The notes beneath the pieces were generated by a model. That model saw only the letters and a list, made by a program, of their open reading frames with translations. It was not told the origin of the DNA and ran no database searches. A DNA stretch of 23,272 nt from Coriobacteriales bacterium (GTDB lineage Bacteria > Actinomycetota > Coriobacteriia > Coriobacteriales > UBA8131). Location of the stretch: contig JAITHV010000051.1 in the NCBI GenBank assembly GCA_031279835.1, positions 1-23,272 of the forward strand, in the 5' to 3' direction. The translations under genes were made by a program, and so were the position numbers. Positions 6,732 through 15,713 of the stretch are shown piece after piece (the first letter of the stretch is position 1; each line of letters opens with the position of its first letter).

Positions 6732-9700
6732 ATGTACGTGCAAGATGTCGTCAGAGCGGTTTTCAGGGCTATCCACGAAGGCAAATGGCTCGATGTCGTC
6801 TATTGCAACCGCTTTGGCGAACGGACGCACTTCTGGGCAGAGATCACGGCGGTCGATCCCGCCCAGATGACCTTTAGGGCAAGCGGACTGCACCTATCGA
6901 CGCACTCGCTAACCGAGGGCATGACCCTTCACGCCCACAAGATCGCTGCTGCGACGGTCATCGAGGGCACCTGGTGCACGGTCAACGACGAGCTGGTGGC
7001 AGACATGGCCCGTGACGCGCCGCGCTACGAGCCGCTGTTCGGCCAAGTGGCCAACATGCGGGTCCTCAACTACTATGAAGACTGCCACCGGCTCGATGCC
7101 GACCCATACTGCATGGCATACGAGCTGTTGCGTGGACTTGACGCTGACAGCTTCTCAGACCGGCGCTGTGCGCTCACGAATGAGCAGTTTTCCGGGCTTA
7201 TGGGCGACTTGCTCAGGGAGGTCCCTGGTCGACCGATGCATGAGGGAACTCCCCTGCGACTTAGAAGCCTTGCCATGAACGCGCTAAGTGTCAACACGGA
7301 CAAAGGCCTCTATGTTCTGGCATACCGGCGGCTGCAGCTCGACGTAAAGTCGCGCGAGTTGGTAATGGAAGAGTCGCCCACCATCTGTTGGAAGTTTATT
7401 CTCGAAAAGAACACCGCCGATAAAACCCATAAGCCCGTGCGGCTGGTGCGGGGCATAGACCTGTTCCTCGACCATGACGAGCAGTCATTGTTGCTGGATT
7501 TTAACGCGAACGCCGAGTTAATCAAAGACTGCATCACTGCTGCCTCCCGTCGCCTGTCCTCGAGGTCGCACACCGCTCGGCCACCCGAAATGATAGGGCC
7601 ATACAAAGTGGACGACTTGCCGTATGTCATGGTAGTCGGCAGAGACTCGTCGGTGAACTTGGCACATGAATACTCGGGAATATTACAACAATATAACACT
7701 GCTGTCAGCGCCACGCCGAGCGCCCCAACTCCCGCCGCACAGGGCGCCCCTGCCACCCCGATTCGTGCGTTCTTCGGCGAGTTGCTCAAGCAGCCGCCTG
7801 CCCAGCGGGACCCGCTGCCGCTCGTCGTGCTCGACAACCAGGCGGGACTCGACCAGCTCCGGGCAATCCACAGCGCGCTCAACAACCCACTGACGTATGT
7901 TCAAGGCCCGCCAGGCACCGGCAAGACGAAGACCATCGTGAACACCGTTATCTCAGCATTTTGCAACAACTTGAGCGTCTTGGTCTCGTCGTACAACAAC
8001 CTCCCCGTCAAAAACGTCACCGACGCGCTGCTCAGCCGCGTGTTCCAGTCGCAGCCGATCCACTTTCCCGTGCTGCGGATCGGCAACCCTCACGTCCTCG
8101 CGGAGTCTCTTGACCGGGTTGCAAAAAGCCTCAAGGCGGTGCGACTTGCTGACGCCAGCCCCGCTCCCCAAGGCCCCGCGCCCCTCAGTCCAAGCAGCAT
8201 GCCGCTTGAGCCAAACAGCTCCTTGCTCGAGCTCCTAAGGCGCCACGAAGAGCTTGTCGACCTTCTAGAAAGACGTGATGCCGTCATGCAGATGCTTGAC
8301 TCCATCAGCGACTTCAAGCTCCATATGGACCTTCAGGCCCTACAGCTCAACGACATCAACGCGCGCATAGCAGCCATCGGCGCCATCGAGGACGCAGACG
8401 CAGCGGCCTTTCTCGGCACAAGCTCGGGGCCGCTTGAGGAATACCTCTTCCATGAGTCGCTCAGGCGCTATCGGTTGCTCGACGAGCCACCATTCCAAGA
8501 GTTTGCTGCAATATTCTTGCAGGAGAATAGTAATAATCGCAACCGGGCATTCAACCGTTGGATAAGCGACGACGACAACCTCGCCTTGTCGCTCAAAGTG
8601 TTCCCGGTTGTGGCAAGCACCTGTCTTTCCGCCAGCCGCCTTGCGTCCCCGCGCCCGTGCTTCGACCTTGCGATCATCGACGAGGCAAGCCAATGCAAGG
8701 CTGCCGAGTCGCTCATCCCGGTCGTCCGCGCCCATCGGCTCATGCTCGTCGGCGACCCCCAGCAACTCAGCCCCATCACCCAGCTCAACGAGTCCGACAA
8801 CGCGGCACTGCGCATGAAGTACGCCGTGCCCAAGGAGTACGACTACGCGCGCAACTCGGTTTACCAGGTCTTTCTCGCCTGTGACTCGGTGAGCGACGAG
8901 ATACTGCTCAAAGACCACTACCGCTGTGACGCCGACATCATCGGGTTCAGCAACAAGAAGTATTACGGCGGGCGGCTGGTTGTGAAGACGCCGCCTTCAA
9001 CAGGCACGTCGCTGCACTTCATCGACGTGCGCGATAACGAGACCGTCGGCAAGAACACTGCCCCCGCCGAGGTCAACGCCGTCATCAGCTACGCGCAGAA
9101 AAACCCTCATAAGAACATCGGCGTCATCACTCCTTTCAAGAATCAGCGGCTGCTCCTCGATGCGGCAATAACAAACCATAGGCTGACAAATGTCTCCTGC
9201 GGCACCGTTCATTCCTTTCAAGGGGACGAGAAGGACGTGGTGCTCTTGTCGCTCGCACTCACGCGGCAGACGCACAAGGCGACCTACGAGTGGCTCTGCA
9301 ACAACCGCGAGCTGATTAACGTCGCCACCACCAGGGCCCGTCGCGAGTTGGTGCTCGTCGCAAGCAGGGCCGATATCGAGCGCCTGCATGAGCACCGAAG
9401 CGACGACGACCTGCTTGAGCTCATGCACTACGTGACGCAGCGCGGGAACACCGAGGTCACAAGCCGCACCGCACGATCGCGAGCGCTGGGCATCAAGCCC
9501 TACAGCACAGCAACCGAAGAGGCCTTTCTCACCAGTATCGGTCACGCAATAAGCACCCTCAGCAGCTCAGGAAGGCGCCATTCGGTCAAGCGGGAGGTGC
9601 CCATCTCGCACGTCTTCACCAGCAATTCGGGCACATCCGCCGACGCAGAGACGCACCGCGGCCTGTTCTACAGCGGCAGGTTCGACTTCGTCGTCTACGA

Positions 9701-9911
9701 GCGCCACCCGGGGTCTGCCGAGATGCCCGTGCTGGCATTTGAGCTCGACGGGCGCGAGCACTTCGACGAGGCGACTGTCAAACAACGGGATGAGGAGAAA
9801 AACGCCCTCTGCCGTGCCTATGGGCTTAAGCTTGTCCGCGTCGACAACACCTATGCCCGCCGTTACGCGTACCTCAAAGACCTGCTGCTTGCATGGCTTG
9901 ACGTCTCATAG
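6732..9911 (+). CDS. Large orphan protein: unknown ~380-aa N-terminal domain + SF1B Upf1-like helicase (AAA_11/AAA_12) + C-terminal DUF2726/PD-(D/E)xK-like endonuclease-fold domain, ~1060 aa
   Basis: Helicase motifs: Walker A VQGPPGTGKTKT; motif II IIDEASQC; motif III LVGDPQQLSPI; motif IV YRCDADII; motif V HSFQGDEKDVVLLSL; motif VI INVATTRARRELVLV. The C-terminus GRFDFVVYERHPGSAEMPVLAFELDGREHFDEATVKQRDEEKNALCRAYGLKLVRV matches the DUF2726 pattern (rvDFvl...iElDG..H...RD...G..lvRv). I prefer the ATG at 6732, which has GAGG 9 nt upstream; GTG 6726 is an alternative. Confidence 0.8.
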   Translation: MYVQDVVRAVFRAIHEGKWLDVVYCNRFGERTHFWAEITAVDPAQMTFRASGLHLSTHSLTEGMTLHAHKIAAATVIEGTWCTVNDELVADMARDAPRYEPLFGQVANMRVLNYYEDCHRLDADPYCMAYELLRGLDADSFSDRRCALTNEQFSGLMGDLLREVPGRPMHEGTPLRLRSLAMNALSVNTDKGLYVLAYRRLQLDVKSRELVMEESPTICWKFILEKNTADKTHKPVRLVRGIDLFLDHDEQSLLLDFNANAELIKDCITAASRRLSSRSHTARPPEMIGPYKVDDLPYVMVVGRDSSVNLAHEYSGILQQYNTAVSATPSAPTPAAQGAPATPIRAFFGELLKQPPAQRDPLPLVVLDNQAGLDQLRAIHSALNNPLTYVQGPPGTGKTKTIVNTVISAFCNNLSVLVSSYNNLPVKNVTDALLSRVFQSQPIHFPVLRIGNPHVLAESLDRVAKSLKAVRLADASPAPQGPAPLSPSSMPLEPNSSLLELLRRHEELVDLLERRDAVMQMLDSISDFKLHMDLQALQLNDINARIAAIGAIEDADAAAFLGTSSGPLEEYLFHESLRRYRLLDEPPFQEFAAIFLQENSNNRNRAFNRWISDDDNLALSLKVFPVVASTCLSASRLASPRPCFDLAIIDEASQCKAAESLIPVVRAHRLMLVGDPQQLSPITQLNESDNAALRMKYAVPKEYDYARNSVYQVFLACDSVSDEILLKDHYRCDADIIGFSNKKYYGGRLVVKTPPSTGTSLHFIDVRDNETVGKNTAPAEVNAVISYAQKNPHKNIGVITPFKNQRLLLDAAITNHRLTNVSCGTVHSFQGDEKDVVLLSLALTRQTHKATYEWLCNNRELINVATTRARRELVLVASRADIERLHEHRSDDDLLELMHYVTQRGNTEVTSRTARSRALGIKPYSTATEEAFLTSIGHAISTLSSSGRRHSVKREVPISHVFTSNSGTSADAETHRGLFYSGRFDFVVYERHPGSAEMPVLAFELDGREHFDEATVKQRDEEKNALCRAYGLKLVRVDNTYARRYAYLKDLLLAWLDVS

Positions 9912-9946
9912 GCGGCGCGTCAACCGGTCCTGCTTTGGGATCTTTG

Positions 9947-10729
9947 TCACTGTGGGCCGTTGACCCGCACCAGGTCAGCGACGCTGACCGTCGCGTTACG
10001 GTAGCGCTCGCTGTTCTTCTCGCCTTTCACATGGATGGCGCGCGACGGGCAGGTGTGCGCACAAGAAAGACACGCGGCACAGGAGCTGCCAAAGTAGGGC
10101 CGTCCCTCGTGGCGCACTATGTTGCGCATGGGGCAGACAAGCTCGCATGTGCCGCACTCGTTGCAGCGACCGTCCACCGTGAGGTGCCGTTCAAAACCGC
10201 TGAGTTGCCGCGTTGCGACTCGCCACATGACTCCACGAAGGGGCGCTAGCCCGGCCGTCTTTCCGACGTTTTGCGTGCTTGCCTCAACTTCCGAGGCAAC
10301 AAGGGCGACGTCAGCGGCAAGCTTAGCCTCGGTGAAACGCTGGCGCTGCCGGGCCATGTCAAAAAGGGGCAGGTAATTGTCCGGCATGGTCAAGGTCGCG
10401 AAGTAGGAGAGACAAAAACCACCCTTTCGCGCAAAGTATAGCATTTGGGCCTTGACGGCAAGAGACAGGTTGCCGCGTGTGCTGATAACGAAGACATACG
10501 GGCTTTTTAGGCGCGTTCTCGCAAAGAACTCGGCGATGAGCGGCGGGGTAGTGAACCAATAGGTCGGGAACACGATTCCTATCTTGCTGTCGCTGACCTC
10601 GATCTCTCTGAAGCCTTTCGCGGAGTTCTCTCGTAAGAAGACCGGGATAGACACCAGCTCCCCGCCAGTACCGACCGCCCGTGCCACCTGCAGGCAGTTT
10701 CCCGTCCCCGTAAAATAGAAAGTCCTCAT
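9947..10729 (-). CDS. EFR1-type flavodoxin-like domain fused to 2x[4Fe-4S] ferredoxin domain protein, ~260 aa
   Basis: The N-terminus MRTFYFTGTGNCLQVA is a flavodoxin-like start. The C-terminus carries two CxxCxxCxxxCP motifs (CNECGTCELVCP and CAACLSCAHTCP). I prefer the internal ATG at 10729 with an AAGGG RBS. Confidence 0.7.
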   Translation of the reverse strand: MRTFYFTGTGNCLQVARAVGTGGELVSIPVFLRENSAKGFREIEVSDSKIGIVFPTYWFTTPPLIAEFFARTRLKSPYVFVISTRGNLSLAVKAQMLYFARKGGFCLSYFATLTMPDNYLPLFDMARQRQRFTEAKLAADVALVASEVEASTQNVGKTAGLAPLRGVMWRVATRQLSGFERHLTVDGRCNECGTCELVCPMRNIVRHEGRPYFGSSCAACLSCAHTCPSRAIHVKGEKNSERYRNATVSVADLVRVNGPQ

Positions 10730-10990
10730 AAAACACCCTTTCTGCGCGGCAAGAACCTCACCGTGGGCAGGCAGCAGACCTGCTAAAGGCAATGATAGTC
10801 TAGCCACCCAAGAGGCACAAGTGCAGGCTGTCGCAGGGTGTGGCCAGCCACATTCTGCAGTAGAGGCACCCAGGCGCGCAGCACAGTAATTAGCGTAAGA
10901 AAGTTCTAAAACAGTGCGGTAATTTGCAAGATTCTTCCCTAGGATTGCCTTAAAGTTAGCATCAAGAGGCTAGCGGTATGGGCGAAGCAG

Positions 10991-11006
10991 GTTGAGTGCG
11001 CTCAAC
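10991..11006. promoter_or_regulatory. 16-bp palindrome GTTGAGTGCGCTCAAC (6-bp arms), a candidate operator ~90 bp upstream of the AcsE-like gene
   Basis: Read directly. It lies in the 290-bp divergent intergenic region between the EFR1-like and AcsE-like genes. Confidence 0.3.
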
Positions 11007-11096
11007 AGTCGGTTTGCCTGGCGGTCTAGCTTTGGGCGCAGGAAAACGACCAAAAAAGGCACACAAGGTGTCAGGTCAGTCTAAGAAGGAGCGAAC

Positions 11097-11900
11097 ATGA
11101 TTATCATCGGTGAAAAAATCAACGGCTTTATCCCCAAGACGTTGGCGGCAATCGAGGCTCGCGATGATGCGTACATCATCGAGATCACCAAGGGCCAGGC
11201 TGCAGGCGGCGCGACCTACATCGACATCTGTGCCGGCACGGCGCCTGATGTTGAGCGCGAGACCATGGAGTGGCTCATCGACCTCGTGCAGAGCAACACC
11301 GACACCCCTATTTCTCTGGACAGCTCTGACCCGCAGGTCATCATCGACATGATGCCCCGCGTCAAGAAGCCCGGTCTTATCAACTCGATCTCTCTTGAGG
11401 CCGGCAAGTGCGAGACGGTTCTTCCTGCCATCGCCAACACCGACTGGAAAGTCGTTGCGCTGACTTGCGACAGCAACGGTATTCCCGATGACCCCAAAGT
11501 GAAGTTCGATATCGCCAAGAAGATCATCGAGCAGGCCAATGAGCTCGGGATCAAGAACGACCGGCTCTTTATCGACCCACTGGTCACCACGCTTGCCACC
11601 AAGCAGGACTCCCTGATCAGCTTCAACGAGGCGATCCGCCTCATCAAGGCCGCGTATCCTGATGTGAACATCACCTCGGGACTCTCGAACATATCCTTTG
11701 GCATGCCGTTCCGCAAGGCGATCAACATGCAGTTCCTCGCCCTGACGATGGCTGCCGGCATGAACAGCGCTATCATGGACCCGATGTCGCAGGACATGCA
11801 GGCGACGATGCATGCGGTCAACGCCCTGCTGGGCAACGACGAGTACTGCGTCGAGTATCTCGGTGCCTTCCGCGAGGGACTGTTCGGCGCCACAAAATAA
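11097..11900 (+). CDS. Pterin-binding methyltransferase of the AcsE/MtrH family (methyl-corrinoid:tetrahydrofolate methyltransferase, MT-II), 267 aa
   Basis: [11 protein letters not shown]...GLSNISFG...[20 protein letters not shown]...[15 protein letters not shown] aligns closely with the AcsE pattern (IIGERING..., GLSNVS..., LINRTFLAMAMA.GLD.AI.D, LLN...YC). An AAGGAG RBS sits 6 nt upstream of the ATG. Confidence 0.85.
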   Translation: MIIIGEKINGFIPKTLAAIEARDDAYIIEITKGQAAGGATYIDICAGTAPDVERETMEWLIDLVQSNTDTPISLDSSDPQVIIDMMPRVKKPGLINSISLEAGKCETVLPAIANTDWKVVALTCDSNGIPDDPKVKFDIAKKIIEQANELGIKNDRLFIDPLVTTLATKQDSLISFNEAIRLIKAAYPDVNITSGLSNISFGMPFRKAINMQFLALTMAAGMNSAIMDPMSQDMQATMHAVNALLGNDEYCVEYLGAFREGLFGATK

Positions 11901-11910
11901 ACGACCTCTT

Positions 11911-11952
11911 GACCGGCACACGCTTGAAGCGTGTGCCGGTCATTCTTATTGT
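11911..11952 (+). terminator. Strong intrinsic terminator (13-bp perfect stem GACCGGCACACGC/GCGTGTGCCGGTC, 5-nt loop, T-rich tail ATTCTTATTGT)
   Basis: Read directly, 11 nt after the AcsE-like stop codon. It lies inside the track ORF 11909..12544, so the folE start must be downstream of it. Confidence 0.75.
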
Positions 11953-11974
11953 CAACAGACGACCGGGGCGGGCA

Positions 11975-12544
11975 ATGAATCGCGAGAAGATTGAACAGGG
12001 TGTACGACTCATTCTTGAAGGCGTTGGCGAGGATCCTTCTCGTGAAGGGCTGCTCGACACGCCATCACGTGTCGCCTCTATGTACGAAGAGGTCTTGGCG
12101 GGCATGGAGCAAGATCCTGCGCCGCTGTTCAGCAAGAGCTTTGACGAAGGTCATGGCGAGCTGGTTTTGGTCAAAGACATCCCGCTCTACTCGATTTGCG
12201 AGCACCATATGGTGCCGTTCCTTGGAGTGGCGCACGTAGGGTATATCCCTGGTAAAGACGGTCGCGTGTGCGGCCTTTCAAAGATCATCCGCCTGGTTGA
12301 GGTGTACTCGAGGCGCCTGCAAGTACAAGAGCGCCTGACTTCTCAGATCGCTGAGACCTTAGTTAACGAGCTTGCCCCGAGGGGCGTCATAGTGGTCATT
12401 GAAGCCGAGCACCTCTGCATTTCGATGCGAGGCGTTCGCAAGCCTGGCACAAAAACGGTCACTTCTGCCGTTAGGGGGGTTTTCGGCGCCTCTGAGCGCT
12501 CGCGTGCAGAGGCACTCTCGTTGGTCTATGGTAAAAGCAAATAA
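11975..12544 (+). CDS. folE: GTP cyclohydrolase I (FolE), ~189 aa
   Basis: Motifs [33 protein letters not shown] and [10 protein letters not shown] are diagnostic of type I GTP cyclohydrolase. The start is placed after the terminator hairpin at the first in-frame ATG (MNREKIEQG...). Confidence 0.88.
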   Translation: MNREKIEQGVRLILEGVGEDPSREGLLDTPSRVASMYEEVLAGMEQDPAPLFSKSFDEGHGELVLVKDIPLYSICEHHMVPFLGVAHVGYIPGKDGRVCGLSKIIRLVEVYSRRLQVQERLTSQIAETLVNELAPRGVIVVIEAEHLCISMRGVRKPGTKTVTSAVRGVFGASERSRAEALSLVYGKSK

Positions 12545-12692
12545 GCCCACACATTCTCGTTGATTGTCGGTATACTAGAGCTGTTGGGACACGAGCTCTA
12601 CCTAAAGTGTTTACTATACGAGACGGCATCTATCCAGTATGTCGACGAAGCCACGAGTCACTGCCGATCATCCGCTATTAGGAGGTTGATGA

Positions 12693-13943
12693 GTGAGGTT
12701 CGACACGCTCAACGACTATTCTCTGATTACTGGTATGGGAATCAGGGTGGTGGACGCTGATGGAGCTGAGCTTTTTGCCACGTCCCAGTTCGAGATTGTC
12801 CGCAAGGCGCTGAGCTATCTCGACGGGGTTTTCGGCTCACAAGAGAGCAGTCTTGAAGTCGAGGCAAGAAGCCGTGACCTTGCGCTCGTCATGGGTGGAG
12901 GCTTTTACGTCTACTTGTGTCCACGTGGCCTCATGTTTGGGATTGTGCCGTTCGCACGCAGCGGCAGGTGTCAGCGCTTCGTCATAGGCGGTCCGCTTAT
13001 ACTGTCGAATATTTATGACTATGTAGATTTTGAGATCATTCCACAGGCAGCCTCTGGCATTGACCGATACGAGGCATTGCGTTGGGTATCATGTATTCCT
13101 GTCAAAGACCCCCGAATAGCCTCAGCGGTGTTTGAGCACCTTTTTGTGAGTACGGCGTTTATCAACGGCACGAACACGCAGCTTGTCTCGCTTCTCGACG
13201 GCGAGGACATTTACAGTGACGATGACCCGTATGACAAGGCGGCAGGCATCGAGAAGCTGAGGTTTGAGACCCACTTGTACGACAACGAGAGCGAGGTCGT
13301 TGCGCAAAAGACCTTGCTTGAGACGCTTTGGGTCTCTGAAGACATACAGATCCGCTCGCTTTTTAATGAGATAAAGGGCCAGATACTCTTCCATCCCCGC
13401 AACAACCTCGACCTGCTCAAGGCCAAGTCGATGGACCTTATCTCTGTGCTCGCAGAATCAGCTATGCATAACGGGGCAGAGACGAAGATCCTCCTTCAGA
13501 TGCGCAACCGCGCCTTATTGGAGATCGACGAGCTTGAAAGCCTTGACGAGATCGTCGTGTGGCTCAATAAAATATACGAGTTGTTCACCTCGCATGTCTT
13601 CAACAATCCCAACTCACGCTACACTGAGGCAATCCGGAAGTCCCTCGCGTTTATGATGGACCATTATCAAGACAAGATCACGCTCAACGACGTTGCGGCA
13701 CACGTCTCGTTCTCTCCGACGTACCTGTCTAGCCTGTTCAAAAACGAGGTCGGCCAGACCTTTAAGAGTTGTCTCAACCGCATACGCATCGAGCAAAGCA
13801 AGCTGCTTATATCCGACTGGAACCTCACGATAGCCGAGGTCAGCTGTCAGGTCGGGTTCACTGACCAGAGTTATTTTGCCAAGGTCTTCAAGCAGTATGA
13901 AGGCGTGACACCGTATTTATACCGTCTCACCTGCAAGCAATGA
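12693..13943 (+). CDS. AraC/XylS-family transcriptional regulator with a ~300-aa N-terminal sensor region, 416 aa, GTG start
   Basis: The C-terminal dual HTH LNDVAAHVSFSPTYLSSLFKNEVGQTFKSCLNRIRIEQSKLL...IAEVSCQVGFTDQSYFAKVFKQYEGVTPYLYR is the AraC signature. An AGGAGG RBS sits 11 nt upstream of the GTG. Confidence 0.8.
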   Translation: MRFDTLNDYSLITGMGIRVVDADGAELFATSQFEIVRKALSYLDGVFGSQESSLEVEARSRDLALVMGGGFYVYLCPRGLMFGIVPFARSGRCQRFVIGGPLILSNIYDYVDFEIIPQAASGIDRYEALRWVSCIPVKDPRIASAVFEHLFVSTAFINGTNTQLVSLLDGEDIYSDDDPYDKAAGIEKLRFETHLYDNESEVVAQKTLLETLWVSEDIQIRSLFNEIKGQILFHPRNNLDLLKAKSMDLISVLAESAMHNGAETKILLQMRNRALLEIDELESLDEIVVWLNKIYELFTSHVFNNPNSRYTEAIRKSLAFMMDHYQDKITLNDVAAHVSFSPTYLSSLFKNEVGQTFKSCLNRIRIEQSKLLISDWNLTIAEVSCQVGFTDQSYFAKVFKQYEGVTPYLYRLTCKQ

Positions 13944-14096
13944 CGCCTCCTCTTTCGTAGCATAGCCGCATTGATTTGCAGCTCTTTTTACCAATTCACC
14001 CTGAATAAGTACAAGAAATGCCGCATCGGCTTGACGTACAATCAGCGTAATGCTTGGGCGCATGATGTCGTTTCAATACAAAGGAGATGGCAAACT

Positions 14097-15488
14097 ATGG
14101 TAAAGAAGAGCTTTACAGAAACTGCTTACAAGAATGTAGACGATTTTGTTTATGGTAAGTCAATCTACCCCGTCACGACCAAGCGTGGTCTTGTGGTCGG
14201 CGGCGGCACCCTGTATCCCGAGGTCAACTTCACCCTCCCCACCATGCTCATTACCGATGAGACCATGCCCGAGGTCCTGAGCATCTACAAGGAGATCATC
14301 ACCGGTATAGCCCAGCGTGCCGTCGAGCTTGAGGTCGAAGGCTTCTCCGCTGAGTGCGAGTGGCTGCCCGGCATGACGTTCGAGCCCGAGCGCGGCATCC
14401 AGGTCATGCGCATCCTCGAGGATGTTGTTGAGGAGTACTATCAGAAGTATGGCATCAAGGGTGCCGTACGCTCCACGCCTGTTGACATCCGTGAAGGCAA
14501 GGGTGTCGATCACATGTGGCATGGCGCCGCGTGGGACAAAGTAGTCAGGTCCTTCGAGGGCAGCGCCGAAATCGGCAACGACTTCCTGTCAATCGAGTCC
14601 ATCGGTGGCAAGGACGTCCACGACGAAGGGCTCATGTACTGCGATATCGAGAAGGTCATCTTCGGTGTTGGCGTTCTCGGCGCAAAGGACATGGAAGTGC
14701 TGTGGGAAATGATCGCCAAGGTCGCCGGCAAGTATCCTGGCGTTACCGCCGCTGGCGACACTGCATGCGGTTTTGCGAACACCGCCATGGTTCTTGCTGA
14801 GCAGGGCTACATCCCGCGTGTTCTTGGCGCGACTGCCCGCGTAATCGCTGCGGTGCGCACGATGGTTGCCAACGAGCAGGGCGCAACCGGTCCCGACAAG
14901 GACTGCGGCTATGAAGGTGTCATCATCAAGGCCATCACGGGTATGCCTGTCACGATGGAAGGCCGCATGGCTGCCGTCGCACACCTCTCGCGGGTGGGCA
15001 ACATCGCTCTGTGCTGCGCCGACCTCTGGAGCAACGAGTCCATTCAGCACATCAAGCTCCTCGGTGGCTATGCTGAGGTTGTTTCGGTCGAGCAGCTCGC
15101 TTATGACTGCCGCCTGCTGAATTGTGCGCGTGAGCGTGACGAGAAGACTGCGTTGCTTATGCGTGACCTGCTTGCAAACAGCGACAGCTGGCGTGACCCG
15201 CACGCATACATTCTGCGTCCGGATGTCGCTCTCAAGATCGCGACTGCTATCGTCTCTGAGAAGGACGATCACTATCTGCGTTCGGTCAAGGCTGCCGCGA
15301 CTGCTCTTGCAGTCATCCGCGAGGGCTATGATAAAAAAGAGCTCAAGCTTGAAGACCGCGAGCTCAGCTACCTTGACTCTCTCTCTGAGACTGTTGCTGC
15401 AATGCCGAAAGACGAGGGTTCCTTCATTGAGCAGCAGGTCGCTGCCAACACGAATCCGAAGTTCGATCCCAAGATGTACGACCTGTAG
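14097..15488 (+). CDS. MtaB-family substrate:corrinoid methyltransferase (MT-I; methanol:corrinoid methyltransferase-like), ~463 aa
   Basis: The N-terminus MVKKSFTETAYKNVDDFVYGKSIYPVTTKRGLVVGGGTLYPEVNFTLP resembles the MtaB N-terminus (…YTSMAY…FG.S.YPV…G…IPEINF…). Its size and its position next to the corrinoid protein and activator fit. An AAAGGAG RBS sits 10 nt upstream of the ATG at 14097; the track ORF starts earlier at 13971. Confidence 0.7.
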   Translation: MVKKSFTETAYKNVDDFVYGKSIYPVTTKRGLVVGGGTLYPEVNFTLPTMLITDETMPEVLSIYKEIITGIAQRAVELEVEGFSAECEWLPGMTFEPERGIQVMRILEDVVEEYYQKYGIKGAVRSTPVDIREGKGVDHMWHGAAWDKVVRSFEGSAEIGNDFLSIESIGGKDVHDEGLMYCDIEKVIFGVGVLGAKDMEVLWEMIAKVAGKYPGVTAAGDTACGFANTAMVLAEQGYIPRVLGATARVIAAVRTMVANEQGATGPDKDCGYEGVIIKAITGMPVTMEGRMAAVAHLSRVGNIALCCADLWSNESIQHIKLLGGYAEVVSVEQLAYDCRLLNCARERDEKTALLMRDLLANSDSWRDPHAYILRPDVALKIATAIVSEKDDHYLRSVKAAATALAVIREGYDKKELKLEDRELSYLDSLSETVAAMPKDEGSFIEQQVAANTNPKFDPKMYDL

Positions 15489-15519
15489 GTCGCGTCTTGC
15501 CATTAGTCCATACGGGGAC

Positions 15520-15581
15520 GCTTCGTTCAAGTTGTCCAGCACCTTGCAAGAGGTGCTGGACAACAGCACGTTAAACGAAGC
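15520..15581 (+). other. Long U-less RNA hairpin (13-bp perfect stem GTTGTCCAGCACC/GGTGCTGGACAAC, 8-nt loop, plus an outer 8-bp stem GCTTCGTT/AACGAAGC) 32 nt after the MT-I stop
   Basis: Read directly. There is no T-tract, so it is an I-shaped terminator, processing site or stability element. Confidence 0.55.
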
Positions 15582-15634
15582 TCTGTCAACTGGCGATGAA
15601 TGCAAGACAGCTTCTTGTAGAGGTCGGGAAGCTG

Positions 15635-15713
15635 CCTAAAACAACTAAAGAAAACCCTAAAACAACGTAAGAATTCACAAGATTTTGTGACACCCAAACC
15701 TTAAGATTAATTA
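15635..15713 (+). promoter_or_regulatory. Candidate promoter/operator block upstream of the corrinoid-protein gene: an 11-bp direct repeat CCTAAAACAAC x2 spaced 21 bp, the palindrome TCACAAGATTTTGTGA, -35 TTGTGA and -10 TAATTA 17 bp apart
   Basis: Read directly. The region is AT-rich, unlike the rest of the window. The direct repeats with 21-bp phasing lie immediately upstream of the putative -35. Confidence 0.3.

Noticed and set aside
9912-9970. Imperfect inverted repeat GCGCGTCAACCGG ... CCGTTGACCCGC after the helicase gene
   Set aside because: The arms differ by an indel, are 30 nt apart, and the right arm lies inside the convergent EFR1-like coding sequence. It is too weak to call a terminator.
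10730-10807. Track N-terminal extension MARLSLPLAGLLPAHGEVLAAQKGCF of the EFR1-like protein; likewise 13971-14096 for the MT-I and 16597-16632 for the activator
   Set aside because: The internal ATGs have proper RBSs, and the shorter proteins begin with the expected family N-termini (MRTFYFTGTG flavodoxin-like; MVKKSF..AY MtaB-like; [2Fe-2S] domain).
10808-11096. Cobalamin riboswitch upstream of the corrinoid-dependent genes (also looked at 15489-15892)
   Set aside because: No B12-box (GCCACTG) or other recognisable riboswitch core could be found by eye. This would need an Infernal/Rfam scan to exclude completely.
11076-11921. Antisense ORFs of 281 and 225 aa opposite the AcsE-like gene; similar long antisense ORFs opposite the MT-I (14589..15605), corrinoid protein (15926..16588), activator (17721..18464) and helicase (7310..7885, 8340..8918, 8997..9545) genes
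   Set aside because: The sense-strand genes have strong family signatures. Long antisense ORFs are expected in high-GC DNA because stop codons are depleted.
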